Shown here one piece after another: positions 26,064 to 35,689 of a stretch of 64,000 nt of DNA (within the stretch, counting starts at the first letter, position 1; the number at the start of each line of letters is the position of its first letter). Source of the DNA: a virus; the IMG/VR virus record IMGVR_UViG_3300042890_001842, positions 1 to 64,000 of that record, one strand, 5' to 3'. Position numbers and translations under genes: made by a program. Below the pieces are notes generated by a model that was given only the letters and a program-made list of their open reading frames with translations, searched no databases and had not been told where the DNA came from.

Positions 26064-26650
26064 TAAAAATCAACCTTTTCCATCATAGACTCATCAACAT
26101 CGCATGTTATATTGATTACAACTGAAAACCTTAAGTTGTTATTTTTTGGATACTCCCAATTATGGAATATATCCCCATCAAAAAATAAAGCATGTCCAGC
26201 TTTTGGGGTAAATGATTTAAATGTCTCTAGTCCCTTTGGATCTATAACATCTCCAGTGTATCTTTGTCTAAACAAGTTGGTGCTTCCGTCTGAATCATTT
26301 GCGTAATACACAAAATTATAATTTTTCTTAACTCTTCTTAAATCTACATGTGGCTCCATTGGCCTATTATCTGTAGATTTAAAAGTAAGGTTTGCTCTAC
26401 TTCTTAGTATTTCATTTATTACTACTTTGTTTTTATCTGCAAACTTTTTTATTAAAAAATTAACAACATCAGAATTCAGATTGCTATTTAGCATTATGCC
26501 AGTATCAGAAAAAGTATCATCTGTTAGACCAGTTACTCCGTCTTTTGCCGTTCTTATGGACGGATGAAAAACATATGGAAGGGTGAATAGATATGAATTT
26601 ACATAATCCATATCTGTTTTATTTAAGAAATTGTTTGTATATAAGTACAT
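26063..26650 (-). CDS. 2OG-Fe(II) oxygenase
   Basis: PHVD, YY.NDSDG.T, FDG..H, R. Confidence 0.8.
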   Translation of the reverse strand: MYLYTNNFLNKTDMDYVNSYLFTLPYVFHPSIRTAKDGVTGLTDDTFSDTGIMLNSNLNSDVVNFLIKKFADKNKVVINEILRSRANLTFKSTDNRPMEPHVDLRRVKKNYNFVYYANDSDGSTNLFRQRYTGDVIDPKGLETFKSFTPKAGHALFFDGDIFHNWEYPKNNNLRFSVVINITCDVDESMMEKVDF

Positions 26651-26656
26651 ACTAAG

Positions 26657-27061
26657 CTACTTAATATTTTTTCTTGCTCTAGCCAAAGCATCAAAATCTT
26701 TTACTTTGGTTTCCCCCATATATCCCCATGCGTGGCCATCTGCAATCATTTTTTCATTTAATGATATTGATGCCCCGTCAAGGAATACCCAACCTAAAAT
26801 GCGACCATATTTTTCGGACGAGTCCATTTTTTCTGTTTTAATTACAATTGATTTGGCAGAATCAATTTCATTCTTTAGATAAGCTTTCGCTTCTAGGCCA
26901 AGCGCTTTTTCGATCTTGTCAGTTGTTCTGCTCTCTGGAGTATCAATTCCAGCAAGCCTAACTCTTGAGCTAAAAGAAATATCAAATCCGAGGTCAATGT
27001 CTACATCGATTGTGTCTCCATCTACAACTTTAGTAACTTTCTTAACATAATACTCAAACAT
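26657..27061 (-). CDS. thermonuclease (SNase-like)
   Basis: VVDGDTID, VRLAGIDTPE, KYGRIL. Confidence 0.9.
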   Translation of the reverse strand: MFEYYVKKVTKVVDGDTIDVDIDLGFDISFSSRVRLAGIDTPESRTTDKIEKALGLEAKAYLKNEIDSAKSIVIKTEKMDSSEKYGRILGWVFLDGASISLNEKMIADGHAWGYMGETKVKDFDALARARKNIK

Positions 27062-27080
27062 GATTCTCCTTAATATTTAG

Positions 27081-27108
27081 GAGCAGTTTTTAGACTTGCT
27101 CAGGTCTA
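27081..27108 (-). ncRNA. putative H-type pseudoknot, copy 3
   Basis: tagac-ctgagcaa-gtcta-aaaac-tgctc on the - strand. Confidence 0.55.
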
Positions 27109-27148
27109 CCCTACGGTAGCCACGAATGGCCCGTAGATTTATTATACA

Positions 27149-27559
27149 CTACTTGATTTTAATTGTTCTAGGCTTTTTATCCTCTGGAACGATGCGGTCT
27201 ACATTGATACGCAACATTCCGTCTTGGAATTCAGCACCAACTACTTCCATATATTCACCCAATGCAAATGATCTAGTAAACTTTCTTGCAGCAATTCCCT
27301 TATGTAGGAATTGATCTTCTCTTTCTCCAATTTCACCCTTAATAATAAGAGTTCCATTGTCTACAGAAACATCAACATCTTTTTTGGAAAATCCAGCAAC
27401 TGCAAGTTCAACCTGATAAGAATCCTCATCTAGTTTAATTACATTGTATGGTGGATAGGATTGATTTGCTGAGTGTACATGGTTTAAACGATTTAACGTA
27501 TGGTTAAATCCAATAAAAAAAGGGTCATTAAAAATGGCCCATGGGTCGTTCATCATCAT
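27149..27559 (-). CDS. small heat-shock protein (Hsp20/IbpA family)
   Basis: YPPYN, LAVAGF, LHKGIA.R.F.R.F.L, DGML. Confidence 0.95.
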   Translation of the reverse strand: MMMNDPWAIFNDPFFIGFNHTLNRLNHVHSANQSYPPYNVIKLDEDSYQVELAVAGFSKKDVDVSVDNGTLIIKGEIGEREDQFLHKGIAARKFTRSFALGEYMEVVGAEFQDGMLRINVDRIVPEDKKPRTIKIK

Positions 27560-27648
27560 AATTTGCTCCTTTTAAGCGAGTTAATTTATAGGCCCCGTTA
27601 AGCAGCCTACGATATATATTATATCAAAACAATATAAAACTTGCAATC

Positions 27649-28314
27649 TTAAAATTTTTGACTGCGTATGTGGTTTATTTCTATTTGATTAATATTAACG
27701 TGTGGTGGCAAAGACGCAACCCATCTAATAGCCTCAGCCATATCATCAGCAGTAATAGCTATTTCTCTTTTTTCAATTTGAGTATCTATGGTTCCTGGGC
27801 AGATCTCAGTAATCTTAATATTAAACTCTGGGTACTCAAGTCTCATCGTATCTATTAGCCCACGCTCTCCCCTTTTTGCATTAGTGTAGTTACCTCCAGA
27901 ACGATAAGGATATTTGCCAGACAAAGATGTAACAAAAACTATAGTAGGGGATTCAGACTTTTTCATATTTGGAACAAAAAGTTGGGACATATACATTGGT
28001 GCAACAACATTAATTGAGTAAGCTATATGAAAATTTTCTGGCTTTTCATTTATTAATGATGTGGGGCTAGAACCTCCACCTGCGTTATGTACAAGTAGGT
28101 CCAAAGATATATCTTTATATTTATTATGAAAAGCTTTTATTCCATCCATATCTGTTATGTCTAGCTGGAATAGTTCTAGGTTTTCTGACTCAATCTTTTT
28201 TAATTCTTGCATATTTCTAGAAACTGCTATCACACGATATCCATTATCAAGTAAACATTTTGCCGTCGCATAACCTACACCTTTACTTGATCCAGTCACT
28301 ATTGCTGTTTTCAA
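27649..28314 (-). CDS. SDR family oxidoreductase (YdfG-like)
   Basis: TGSSKGVG, NAGG, YxxxK. Confidence 0.9.
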   Translation of the reverse strand: MKTAIVTGSSKGVGYATAKCLLDNGYRVIAVSRNMQELKKIESENLELFQLDITDMDGIKAFHNKYKDISLDLLVHNAGGGSSPTSLINEKPENFHIAYSINVVAPMYMSQLFVPNMKKSESPTIVFVTSLSGKYPYRSGGNYTNAKRGERGLIDTMRLEYPEFNIKITEICPGTIDTQIEKREIAITADDMAEAIRWVASLPPHVNINQIEINHIRSQKF

Positions 28315-28316
28315 TT

Positions 28317-29159
28317 TTAAAATCCTAACTCTAATAGGATGCTGTCACATTTTGACAAGAACCCTTCAACATTCTTTTGATTTTCTTTATGTAGTGGAAC
28401 CATTGATAAAAATAAAGATGCCTCATAAACTCTTAATAAGTTAAGCGATACATCAATTTCATTTAAATAGTCTAAGAATACATTCTTTATTGCATCGTCA
28501 TTGTAGTTTGAATTGTACAAAATATTTTCATATCCTCCAAGAATACTATGACTTAGCTTTGCTAAATCATAATACTCGTCCATATAGATATCCTTAAAAG
28601 AATTTGCTCCTCTTGGATCGATAAACTTTATAATATTAAATTCTTTTATCCATAATATATTAGAAAGACAAAGATCTCCATGTGATATAGTTTTATTCCA
28701 TACTTTTCTTTCATTCCTATAATATTTATAGGCCATAAATAATCTATCTAGCAACTCGCTATGCATAGAATTTAGTCTATTTTTTGTTTTATGTATAACT
28801 AAATACTCTGACTCAAGCATGCAATCAGATTCTTCTAAGTATATGATACTGCATTCTTCTTTAAATTTTTTTACAAGGTCAAACATTTTTTTAAAAGAAG
28901 TTAAATCAACCTCACCATTTGCAAGCATCTCTCCAATATTTTTTTTATTAATTTTTTCCATTTCATAGCTTGCAGAAATTTCATCAAACTTTAAGTTATA
29001 GGGCTGTACAAACCACCTTTGTAGACTTTTTGGCAGCATGTAGTAGAAATTATATTCTGATCTTAGTTTGTCTACATTTTCAGAGTACTTAGTTAAAGTT
29101 ATATCATTGCTTATAATCTTATTAAAGTATCTTGAGTTGTAGTGATCTGTATTATAAAT
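28317..29159 (-). CDS. APH/choline-kinase-like phosphotransferase (capsule-locus type)
   Basis: HGDLC.SNIL, FIDPRG, YDLAKL.HS..GGY; frame stays open 40 codons upstream of the track's ATG to an ATT behind AGGAG. Confidence 0.75.
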   Translation of the reverse strand: MYNTDHYNSRYFNKIISNDITLTKYSENVDKLRSEYNFYYMLPKSLQRWFVQPYNLKFDEISASYEMEKINKKNIGEMLANGEVDLTSFKKMFDLVKKFKEECSIIYLEESDCMLESEYLVIHKTKNRLNSMHSELLDRLFMAYKYYRNERKVWNKTISHGDLCLSNILWIKEFNIIKFIDPRGANSFKDIYMDEYYDLAKLSHSILGGYENILYNSNYNDDAIKNVFLDYLNEIDVSLNLLRVYEASLFLSMVPLHKENQKNVEGFLSKCDSILLELGF

Positions 29160-29167
29160 TTTTGCTC

Positions 29168-29482
29168 CTAGTTATTATTATCTACGTCTGGCATTTCGGT
29201 TAAAATACCTTTTTCTTTTGCTATTCTTCTGCCTTCTTCGCTTAAAGTTAAAGTGGCTTCAAGATTTTCATCATACTCTACCTCAATATAATCTTGAGTA
29301 TATAGTTCCATTAAAGTTTTCTCTATATAATCAGTATGAGACTCCCATAATTCTGGCGCTAATTCCTGTGCAGAATCATTTATTGCAAATATTAGCTCTC
29401 CGTTTTCATCTACGCCAGCTATCTCTATTACACCTATTTCCATGTAATATTCTAGCCTATCGTTATACTCACTATCTTCCAT
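29168..29482 (-). CDS. acidic hypothetical protein
   Basis: Start MEDSE after AGGAG. Confidence 0.7.
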   Translation of the reverse strand: MEDSEYNDRLEYYMEIGVIEIAGVDENGELIFAINDSAQELAPELWESHTDYIEKTLMELYTQDYIEVEYDENLEATLTLSEEGRRIAKEKGILTEMPDVDNNN

Positions 29483-29493
29483 TTTGCTCCTTG

Positions 29494-29567
29494 TGCAATA
29501 GGTAGGACTCGAACCTACGACGACCAAATTATGAGTTTGGGGCTCTAACCGACTGAGCTACTATTGC
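29494..29567 (-). tRNA. tRNA with CAT anticodon (elongator Met or Ile2)
   Basis: Acceptor gcaatag/ctattgc; ccaaa-ctCATaa-tttgg; T-loop ttcgagt. Confidence 0.9.
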
Positions 29568-29825
29568 CTTAGCATATTGTAGTGTACCGTCGTCGTTCTT
29601 GTCAATAGTATCTTCAACTATCTGTTGTACATACTCAGAAAAATGTTTTCTTGTACTGCCAGATGGCCTTGATCCTATCGATATCCAAATATTTCTATAC
29701 TCAATTACATTTGAAAATGTTGTGGGGCACAATTTAATTCCATGATATTCTTTTAGTACCGTTGGAAGCGGAACATGCTTTCCACAACACTTACATTCTT
29801 TTGCAAGCTCTTGATATCTACTCAT
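29529..29825 (-). CDS. Zn-binding hypothetical protein overlapping the tRNA
   Basis: CKCCG..CPT; stop codon lies in the tRNA anticodon loop. Confidence 0.6.
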   Translation of the reverse strand: MSRYQELAKECKCCGKHVPLPTVLKEYHGIKLCPTTFSNVIEYRNIWISIGSRPSGSTRKHFSEYVQQIVEDTIDKNDDGTLQYAKAIVAQSVRAPNS

Positions 29826-31612
29826 ACTATTTCCATTCCATTTAATACATCAGACAAGTCTTTTGGCATTCTTGGTGGTCTGATTAGATTTAACCTTGTA
29901 ACATCTTCATTATTTCTTTCTTCACGCCTCATTGAGTCATAGGTATGAATATCTATTTCATCATTATTAGACTTCCTAGTTTTGCTTATTGCATTATATA
30001 TAGATCCGCAAACGGCATCAGCTAAGTCTTTTGAACCTTTTCTAGGGTGATCCACCTTGTCACGCATAATTTTTAACTGCAGTAATTCATCAACTAAAAG
30101 TTTTATATTTGGACCGTTTAATCTTTCTTCTAAGACAATCATAGCCATGTCATCATAATGCTTCTTTGCAACTGAAAGTGTCTCTGTATTAATACCGTAC
30201 TGTTTTAACTGTTGCATCATATCATGAGAATTCCAGCGGTCAAATGTGCATAGTCTTATATTAAATCCAGCTGATCTAAGTGACAATATGTAGTCTCTTA
30301 CTTCTGTAAAATCTACAGACTTGTCTGCGGTTGGAGTCCAGTATCTAACTGCATCAACTTCAACAATTGGTGCTGGCTGTGAGTAAGCGTCTGTTACTTT
30401 GACATTAACAAATTTACTAACATGAGACATTGCTACTGCACAATGGTCATGCTTTTGTGCAAGGTCAACATGTATAAAGTATTCTTTTTCTGGGTCTGGA
30501 ACGAACCAGTTTTCCAATCTTCCAAAATCATCTATTGCCAAAGACATGTTGCTAAAAGCCTTTTCAATCTTTTCACGAGACTTAAAGAATGCATCAACAG
30601 CTTCTGGTGGCATACATGCAAATCTACTTAATGCGTCAGGCATATTCTTATAAAATTCAACTTTAAAGTCTTCAATTTTTTTAGTAGGATTAACATCCCA
30701 AGTCGGCCTCTTTAAAGCATACACCTTTGGAATCTTATAAGATATGATGTTATCTTCTTCCCACTCAACTGTAACTTCGTTGCCATCAGTTCCATCTGGA
30801 AGATCGTCAACCATCTTCAGAGTTTTACTCTGCAAGATTGTTTCTTTTTCCGCAATGACTGAGTCATAAAATTTTTGAATTGGATCATTTTTAAAACGAG
30901 GAAAAGATAGCAAAATAATCTTTCCGTAATCTGGAAAACGGGATATAACAGAGCCACGATACATGTCGTATATGGCATCAGCAGTTTTTGCTTGATCATG
31001 ACCTGTAGTATTCTCAGTAGCAAAACCAGAAATTTCGTCAAGGATGACTGCGATTACGTTGTAACCCTCAAATGCTTCACGTTCTGAGTGACCAGAGTAT
31101 ACGTTTACATTCTTATCAAATCTAATCTCTGACGCCTTTGGGTCATATTTTCCTATGAACCATGGTGATCTTTCAATTCTTGTCTTAAAGCCTTTAAAGA
31201 AAACGTTATTTGCCTGCTGTGCGTTAACAGCAATATTGATAATATCAATTGTATCTCCAGGAGGCTTTCCATAATAAGTTGCAGGGTCTTTTAAGCACAA
31301 TAGTAAATATACTATATATGAAACTGAGATAGTAGATGTGTAATCTTTTCCTGAACCCTTTCCTAGCTGTGCAATTATTTCTGTGCAGGTCTGTTTGTAT
31401 CTAAGACTTCCTTCTTTTTCTCCAAAAAGTTTGATAAGAGTAGACTCTTTATATATCTGAGAACCTTTTTCAATTAATGTATATTGATGCTCTGAAAGTG
31501 GTGGTAGACCAAGATAGTCTGGGCTGGTTACAAATGTTTGTAGATCAACTGGACGCTCTTCAAATTCTTCGCCATCAAGAATATCAATAAGATCATTAAA
31601 ATTAAGATCCAC
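29822..31612 (-). CDS. terminase large subunit
   Basis: Walker A GKGSGKD, Walker B VILDE, nuclease residues HVDLA, FDRW, DHP..GSKD.ADA. Confidence 0.9.
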   Translation of the reverse strand: MDLNFNDLIDILDGEEFEERPVDLQTFVTSPDYLGLPPLSEHQYTLIEKGSQIYKESTLIKLFGEKEGSLRYKQTCTEIIAQLGKGSGKDYTSTISVSYIVYLLLCLKDPATYYGKPPGDTIDIINIAVNAQQANNVFFKGFKTRIERSPWFIGKYDPKASEIRFDKNVNVYSGHSEREAFEGYNVIAVILDEISGFATENTTGHDQAKTADAIYDMYRGSVISRFPDYGKIILLSFPRFKNDPIQKFYDSVIAEKETILQSKTLKMVDDLPDGTDGNEVTVEWEEDNIISYKIPKVYALKRPTWDVNPTKKIEDFKVEFYKNMPDALSRFACMPPEAVDAFFKSREKIEKAFSNMSLAIDDFGRLENWFVPDPEKEYFIHVDLAQKHDHCAVAMSHVSKFVNVKVTDAYSQPAPIVEVDAVRYWTPTADKSVDFTEVRDYILSLRSAGFNIRLCTFDRWNSHDMMQQLKQYGINTETLSVAKKHYDDMAMIVLEERLNGPNIKLLVDELLQLKIMRDKVDHPRKGSKDLADAVCGSIYNAISKTRKSNNDEIDIHTYDSMRREERNNEDVTRLNLIRPPRMPKDLSDVLNGMEIV

Positions 31613-31724
31613 TATTTATCTTCTTCTTGTGAGCATAAGCAATTGCCACATTCACAATTGCTATTTAAAGGTAGTATTTCTCTTCCCATGTTATCAGTCT
31701 TTTTTATTTTTTCAGATGACATAA

Positions 31725-32261
31725 TTAAACCGCTGGATCTTCTTCGCTAATTAAAACTGGCTCGACTATGCCAGTTATTTGAGATAATCTTTTTGCAACC
31801 TCTATTTTACACTTTGGGCATGATGCAGTTACTTCTTTTAATATCTTGACAAGGATTTCTTGCTTCCGCTCTGTTTCAGCAACTTGGCTTGCTATCTCTT
31901 GATTATCTAGAAGTCCAACCTCTTGAAGCATTCCAATTCTTTTGCCTTCAATATCTGCAATTAGTTTTAATGCCGTGGACTTTACGTTTAATTGCCCAGC
32001 TTGATCTGCATCTTCTACAGTTTTCCAGGCTTCTTTAATAAGCATCGCATAGTGTTGGTCAGCCCCAGAGATAGCCTCCTTAGCCCTCTCACGAGAGCCA
32101 GAATCGTTTCTAACAACCTGCTTCCACTCATCTATGTGTTCAAGTACTTCAGCCCTCTTGAAGCCTGTTAGAGAGGCGATCTGGGTTGGGCTATTTCCTT
32201 TAAGTAGTTCTTCAACTACCTTGTTCATGCGATCAAAATGATCAGCTAATTCGATATCCAT
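31725..32261 (-). CDS. HTH protein, terminase small subunit candidate
   Basis: N-terminal HTH; upstream of terminase large subunit. Confidence 0.55.
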   Translation of the reverse strand: MDIELADHFDRMNKVVEELLKGNSPTQIASLTGFKRAEVLEHIDEWKQVVRNDSGSRERAKEAISGADQHYAMLIKEAWKTVEDADQAGQLNVKSTALKLIADIEGKRIGMLQEVGLLDNQEIASQVAETERKQEILVKILKEVTASCPKCKIEVAKRLSQITGIVEPVLISEEDPAV

Positions 32262-32294
32262 ATAAATACATTATAATCTTAGTTGACTAAAAAA

Positions 32295-32630
32295 TCAAAT
32301 GGCTTTTGCTTTTGCAATCTTTAGTAGGACTAAATATCCTATTAAATCGTCAATATCATTATCACCAGGATAATCTGTGCCCTTCATTAATCTATTCAGT
32401 TTGTCATCAATACGGACATGAAGCTGCTCTCTTGGTCCCGCCTTTGAAAATATACGCACAGGATCAAGGGCTGAATTCCCATAGGAAATATTCTTTTTTA
32501 TTAGCATCTCTGCAATATCTAAACATTCTCTAATTATTGAATTTCCAGAAGGAGCCTCTGTTGCTATTAGTTGCAAGTCTGTTACCCATGTTTGATAGTT
32601 ATCTTTATTAGGATAGTCTGTAGCCGCCAT
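32295..32630 (-). CDS. nucleotide-modification-associated domain 1 (DUF1599-like)
   Basis: KKN.SYGNS...RIDDKL.R...DLIGY. Confidence 0.75.
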   Translation of the reverse strand: MAATDYPNKDNYQTWVTDLQLIATEAPSGNSIIRECLDIAEMLIKKNISYGNSALDPVRIFSKAGPREQLHVRIDDKLNRLMKGTDYPGDNDIDDLIGYLVLLKIAKAKAI

Positions 32631-33286
32631 TATTTCATCTCCTTGTACAATAGTTTAAGTCCTTCGAAAGTTCCAATATCCATATATTGTCCTCCAGGTA
32701 ATACTGATCTTACATCAAGACCTTTATCTACCCAATCTTGTATTTGTAAGCCTACGTGTGCAAGAGCTGGATCTATATCTTTAGATAAATTTCTTAACAA
32801 CATTGTTCCCCACATAAATGGGTAATCACAGTCTGAAACTTTGTCTCTAGACCCAATAACCTTATTTCCGTCTAATTGAATCTGACCTACTCTGCCTTTA
32901 ATTTCTTCGTGACAATCCCATGTACCAAGAACAATATCTCCATCAGATTCTATCATTTTCTTATAGATATTACTAGTACATCCAACCATATAAGTATCTG
33001 GAAGACCAATTAATAAAGTATCGCTATCTCCGCCAGCTAAAAGTTTAACTGCATCTGACATCGTTGAAGGCTCTTTAACAATAATCTTCACATCCATATC
33101 CATACTTTGAACCATTGGAACCCATGCTGCTCTTGTGGCAACTCTAACCTCATCACATACTTCAAGCATTTGATTAACATGCCATTTTAAAATTGAGCTA
33201 TCGTTAGATATTGGCAATGCAAATTTTGCTATCCCACCAATTCTTGTAGCTTTACCAGACGCTGGAAGTACTCCTATAATTGACAT
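32630..33286 (-). CDS. sugar-phosphate nucleotidyltransferase
   Basis: PASGKATR..K..LP; DIGT. Confidence 0.8.
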   Translation of the reverse strand: MSIIGVLPASGKATRIGGIAKFALPISNDSSILKWHVNQMLEVCDEVRVATRAAWVPMVQSMDMDVKIIVKEPSTMSDAVKLLAGGDSDTLLIGLPDTYMVGCTSNIYKKMIESDGDIVLGTWDCHEEIKGRVGQIQLDGNKVIGSRDKVSDCDYPFMWGTMLLRNLSKDIDPALAHVGLQIQDWVDKGLDVRSVLPGGQYMDIGTFEGLKLLYKEMK

Positions 33287-33296
33287 TGTAATTCTC

Positions 33297-34724
33297 CTAC
33301 TGAACTTGTGATTCGTATTGTGTATCTATGGCAAGAGGGTTCTTGACATTCGGAGGCAAAGTATATACATTGAATATACCCTTTTCCCCTTTTCTAAATA
33401 TAAACCAATCTGTTGGGTGGTCCATTCCTATATCTTCAACATACTTGCACAACTTTTTAGCACCTTGTTTCGAAATAACATATCCAAGTGTAGACCAGTC
33501 TTGATAAGCTTTTGAGATATTATCACTTAAAGCATAAGATGCATTGAATCTTGAGTGCTGGTTACTGTCTACATATATGCTAAAGACATCATAATTTTTA
33601 GGTAAACTATTCATAGATATTTGATACTTATTATTAAACGATTCATCTACAATAATATCGTCTTCAAAAACCACAAGCTCATTTAAATCACTTGAGCATA
33701 AGTATTTCCATGCCATGTAGTGGCTTCCAAAATTTCCTATCTCTCCTAATTTAAATCCATCCCAAGCAAATTTAAACTCTGGGTTTTCTTTTTTAAATAG
33801 TTCTATCTCTCCATCTTTTTTTGCATTTAAAGATTTAATAGATACCTTATTGCCACCTACAATTTGATCTAGAACATCCCTATTATTTTTTCTAGAATCA
33901 TCTATGTATATTGTATGATAGTTGACAGGATACGTTTTTTTTAATAGATCAGGGTTAGATTTATAGAAAGACTCTACAGACATACAGTCTTCTAAATGTT
34001 GCATTCTTCCATAAATCTTGCTAGCAATAGATCTTAATTCCTTATCATGCATTTCATATTTTTCAGAAAAATCATAAAAGTGGTCTAATATCAAGGACAA
34101 TTCTTGAGATGCTACTGAATGGTCGTAGCTGCTTCCAGCTGGATGATTTAAAACATACTTTCTATCTCTTAGGATTAACTTATTGCTATTTATAATATCA
34201 GAACACCAGATCATATCCATGCCCCACCCACTAGTTAGCGTACTCATATCAACTTTACTGGAAAGGTATTCAAAGTATTGTTCAAGCAAGTCTACAACAT
34301 TTCTGTTTAGAAATACTGCTATGCCATCAGTTTGAATAGATACATTTAATCCAGTATCAAATTCTGACTCTTTTATCTTACAAGAATTCTCACTCCATGG
34401 CTCATTTGTTAAGTGGGGAGCATAGGCCCAAACATCATACATTGAAGTTACTTGTTGAGCTCTATTTATAAACTTCATCCAATTATCTGATGATACGTCT
34501 CCGCATAGCCAAAACATGTATTCATATGATCTATCAAAATCTTTAACTGCAGCATACAGTTGTCTATAAAATCTAATGTCTCCGACATTCATCCAGTTTT
34601 CACGAGGGTATGATCCAGAATTTATAACCTTATGAGGAATATTATTTGTAGTAAATATATCTTCTATTTGAAGAACATTGTTCTCTACTCTATCCCAACT
34701 TACAATATATGTAAAAAAATTCAT
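33297..34724 (-). CDS. two-domain glycosyltransferase (GT-A-like plus GT25-like)
   Basis: GWGMD in N-domain; GEIG.F.SH..W, FEDD, GYVIS..GA.KL, P.DW in C-domain. Confidence 0.75.
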   Translation of the reverse strand: MNFFTYIVSWDRVENNVLQIEDIFTTNNIPHKVINSGSYPRENWMNVGDIRFYRQLYAAVKDFDRSYEYMFWLCGDVSSDNWMKFINRAQQVTSMYDVWAYAPHLTNEPWSENSCKIKESEFDTGLNVSIQTDGIAVFLNRNVVDLLEQYFEYLSSKVDMSTLTSGWGMDMIWCSDIINSNKLILRDRKYVLNHPAGSSYDHSVASQELSLILDHFYDFSEKYEMHDKELRSIASKIYGRMQHLEDCMSVESFYKSNPDLLKKTYPVNYHTIYIDDSRKNNRDVLDQIVGGNKVSIKSLNAKKDGEIELFKKENPEFKFAWDGFKLGEIGNFGSHYMAWKYLCSSDLNELVVFEDDIIVDESFNNKYQISMNSLPKNYDVFSIYVDSNQHSRFNASYALSDNISKAYQDWSTLGYVISKQGAKKLCKYVEDIGMDHPTDWFIFRKGEKGIFNVYTLPPNVKNPLAIDTQYESQVQ

Positions 34725-34861
34725 TTAATAATACCAACCTCTTTTAGGCATCTATATATAGTCATAACTGAAACACGGCATTCAGTTGCTATCTCTTCCA
34801 TTGTTTTTCTTTGAACAACATATCTACGATAAAGCCAGTCCTTATTCTTATACAGCTTCAT
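34721..34861 (-). CDS. small HTH protein
   Basis: Hand translation MKLYKNKDWLYRRYVVQRKTMEEIATECRVSVMTIYRCLKEVGIIK. Confidence 0.7.
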   Translation of the reverse strand: MKLYKNKDWLYRRYVVQRKTMEEIATECRVSVMTIYRCLKEVGIIK

Positions 34862-35424
34862 CGCTCAGTTAAAACCTTATTTGCATAATGAGCAATTCCA
34901 AATGAGTCTGCTACATCAAAATCATTTAAAGACAACTTATATTTATTATTAAAGTAATCCACTGTTCTTTGCTTTCTCATATTTCTAATTTGATTCTTAT
35001 ACCAAGAGTCTGCGTAGCCTGGGTTGGCTAATCTTATTGCAGACTTCTCATCTTTCGTCGGATTTTTGTTGCCAATATACGCCTGCCAAGCGGTAGGGCT
35101 AATTGTAATAACCTTAGCACCAGTAGACATAAGCTCAGCAATAACAACTCCATAGACATATGATAATTTTATCACAGCATCTGGTGATCTGACAAGTACT
35201 GCTCCTTCAACAACAATATAATCTGCTTTTAATTCAGTTAACATTGCATTCATTTTAACCTTAGCGTCATAAATTTTTGCATATATATCAGATCCAACTA
35301 ACTCAACTTTACCCCATTTAATCGGAATATCATTTTCCATAAGGCAAAATGCTACTGAGTTAGTGGATGCGTCTATGCCAAGAACTCTATGTGCCTTGGT
35401 CTTAACAAGCTCAGCTAACTTCAT
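34858..35424 (-). CDS. ruvC: RuvC-like Holliday junction resolvase
   Basis: LGIDAS, VVE, D.ADS.GIA. Confidence 0.8.
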   Translation of the reverse strand: MKLAELVKTKAHRVLGIDASTNSVAFCLMENDIPIKWGKVELVGSDIYAKIYDAKVKMNAMLTELKADYIVVEGAVLVRSPDAVIKLSYVYGVVIAELMSTGAKVITISPTAWQAYIGNKNPTKDEKSAIRLANPGYADSWYKNQIRNMRKQRTVDYFNNKYKLSLNDFDVADSFGIAHYANKVLTER

Positions 35425-35689
35425 CTATCATCCCTAATAATCTATAATTGTTTTCAGAATTTATTTTCTTTGTGCATTGTGAGCATAAGTCAGATTCATT
35501 ATATCTACTCAACTGAGATTTGCATTTCTTACATAGTCGAGCAAGACCATTTCTAATAGCCTTCTTTTCATAATACTTCTGCATAATACGACGATTTGTT
35601 GCAACTCTGCAACATTCATCACAGCAATACTTTTGATTATGAGTCTTTGACTCAAATTCTTTTGCACACTCTGTATTAGCGCATATCAT
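35411..35689 (-). CDS. Zn-finger protein
   Basis: Several CxxC; QKYC...C. Confidence 0.7.
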   Translation of the reverse strand: MICANTECAKEFESKTHNQKYCCDECCRVATNRRIMQKYYEKKAIRNGLARLCKKCKSQLSRYNESDLCSQCTKKINSENNYRLLGMIDEVS

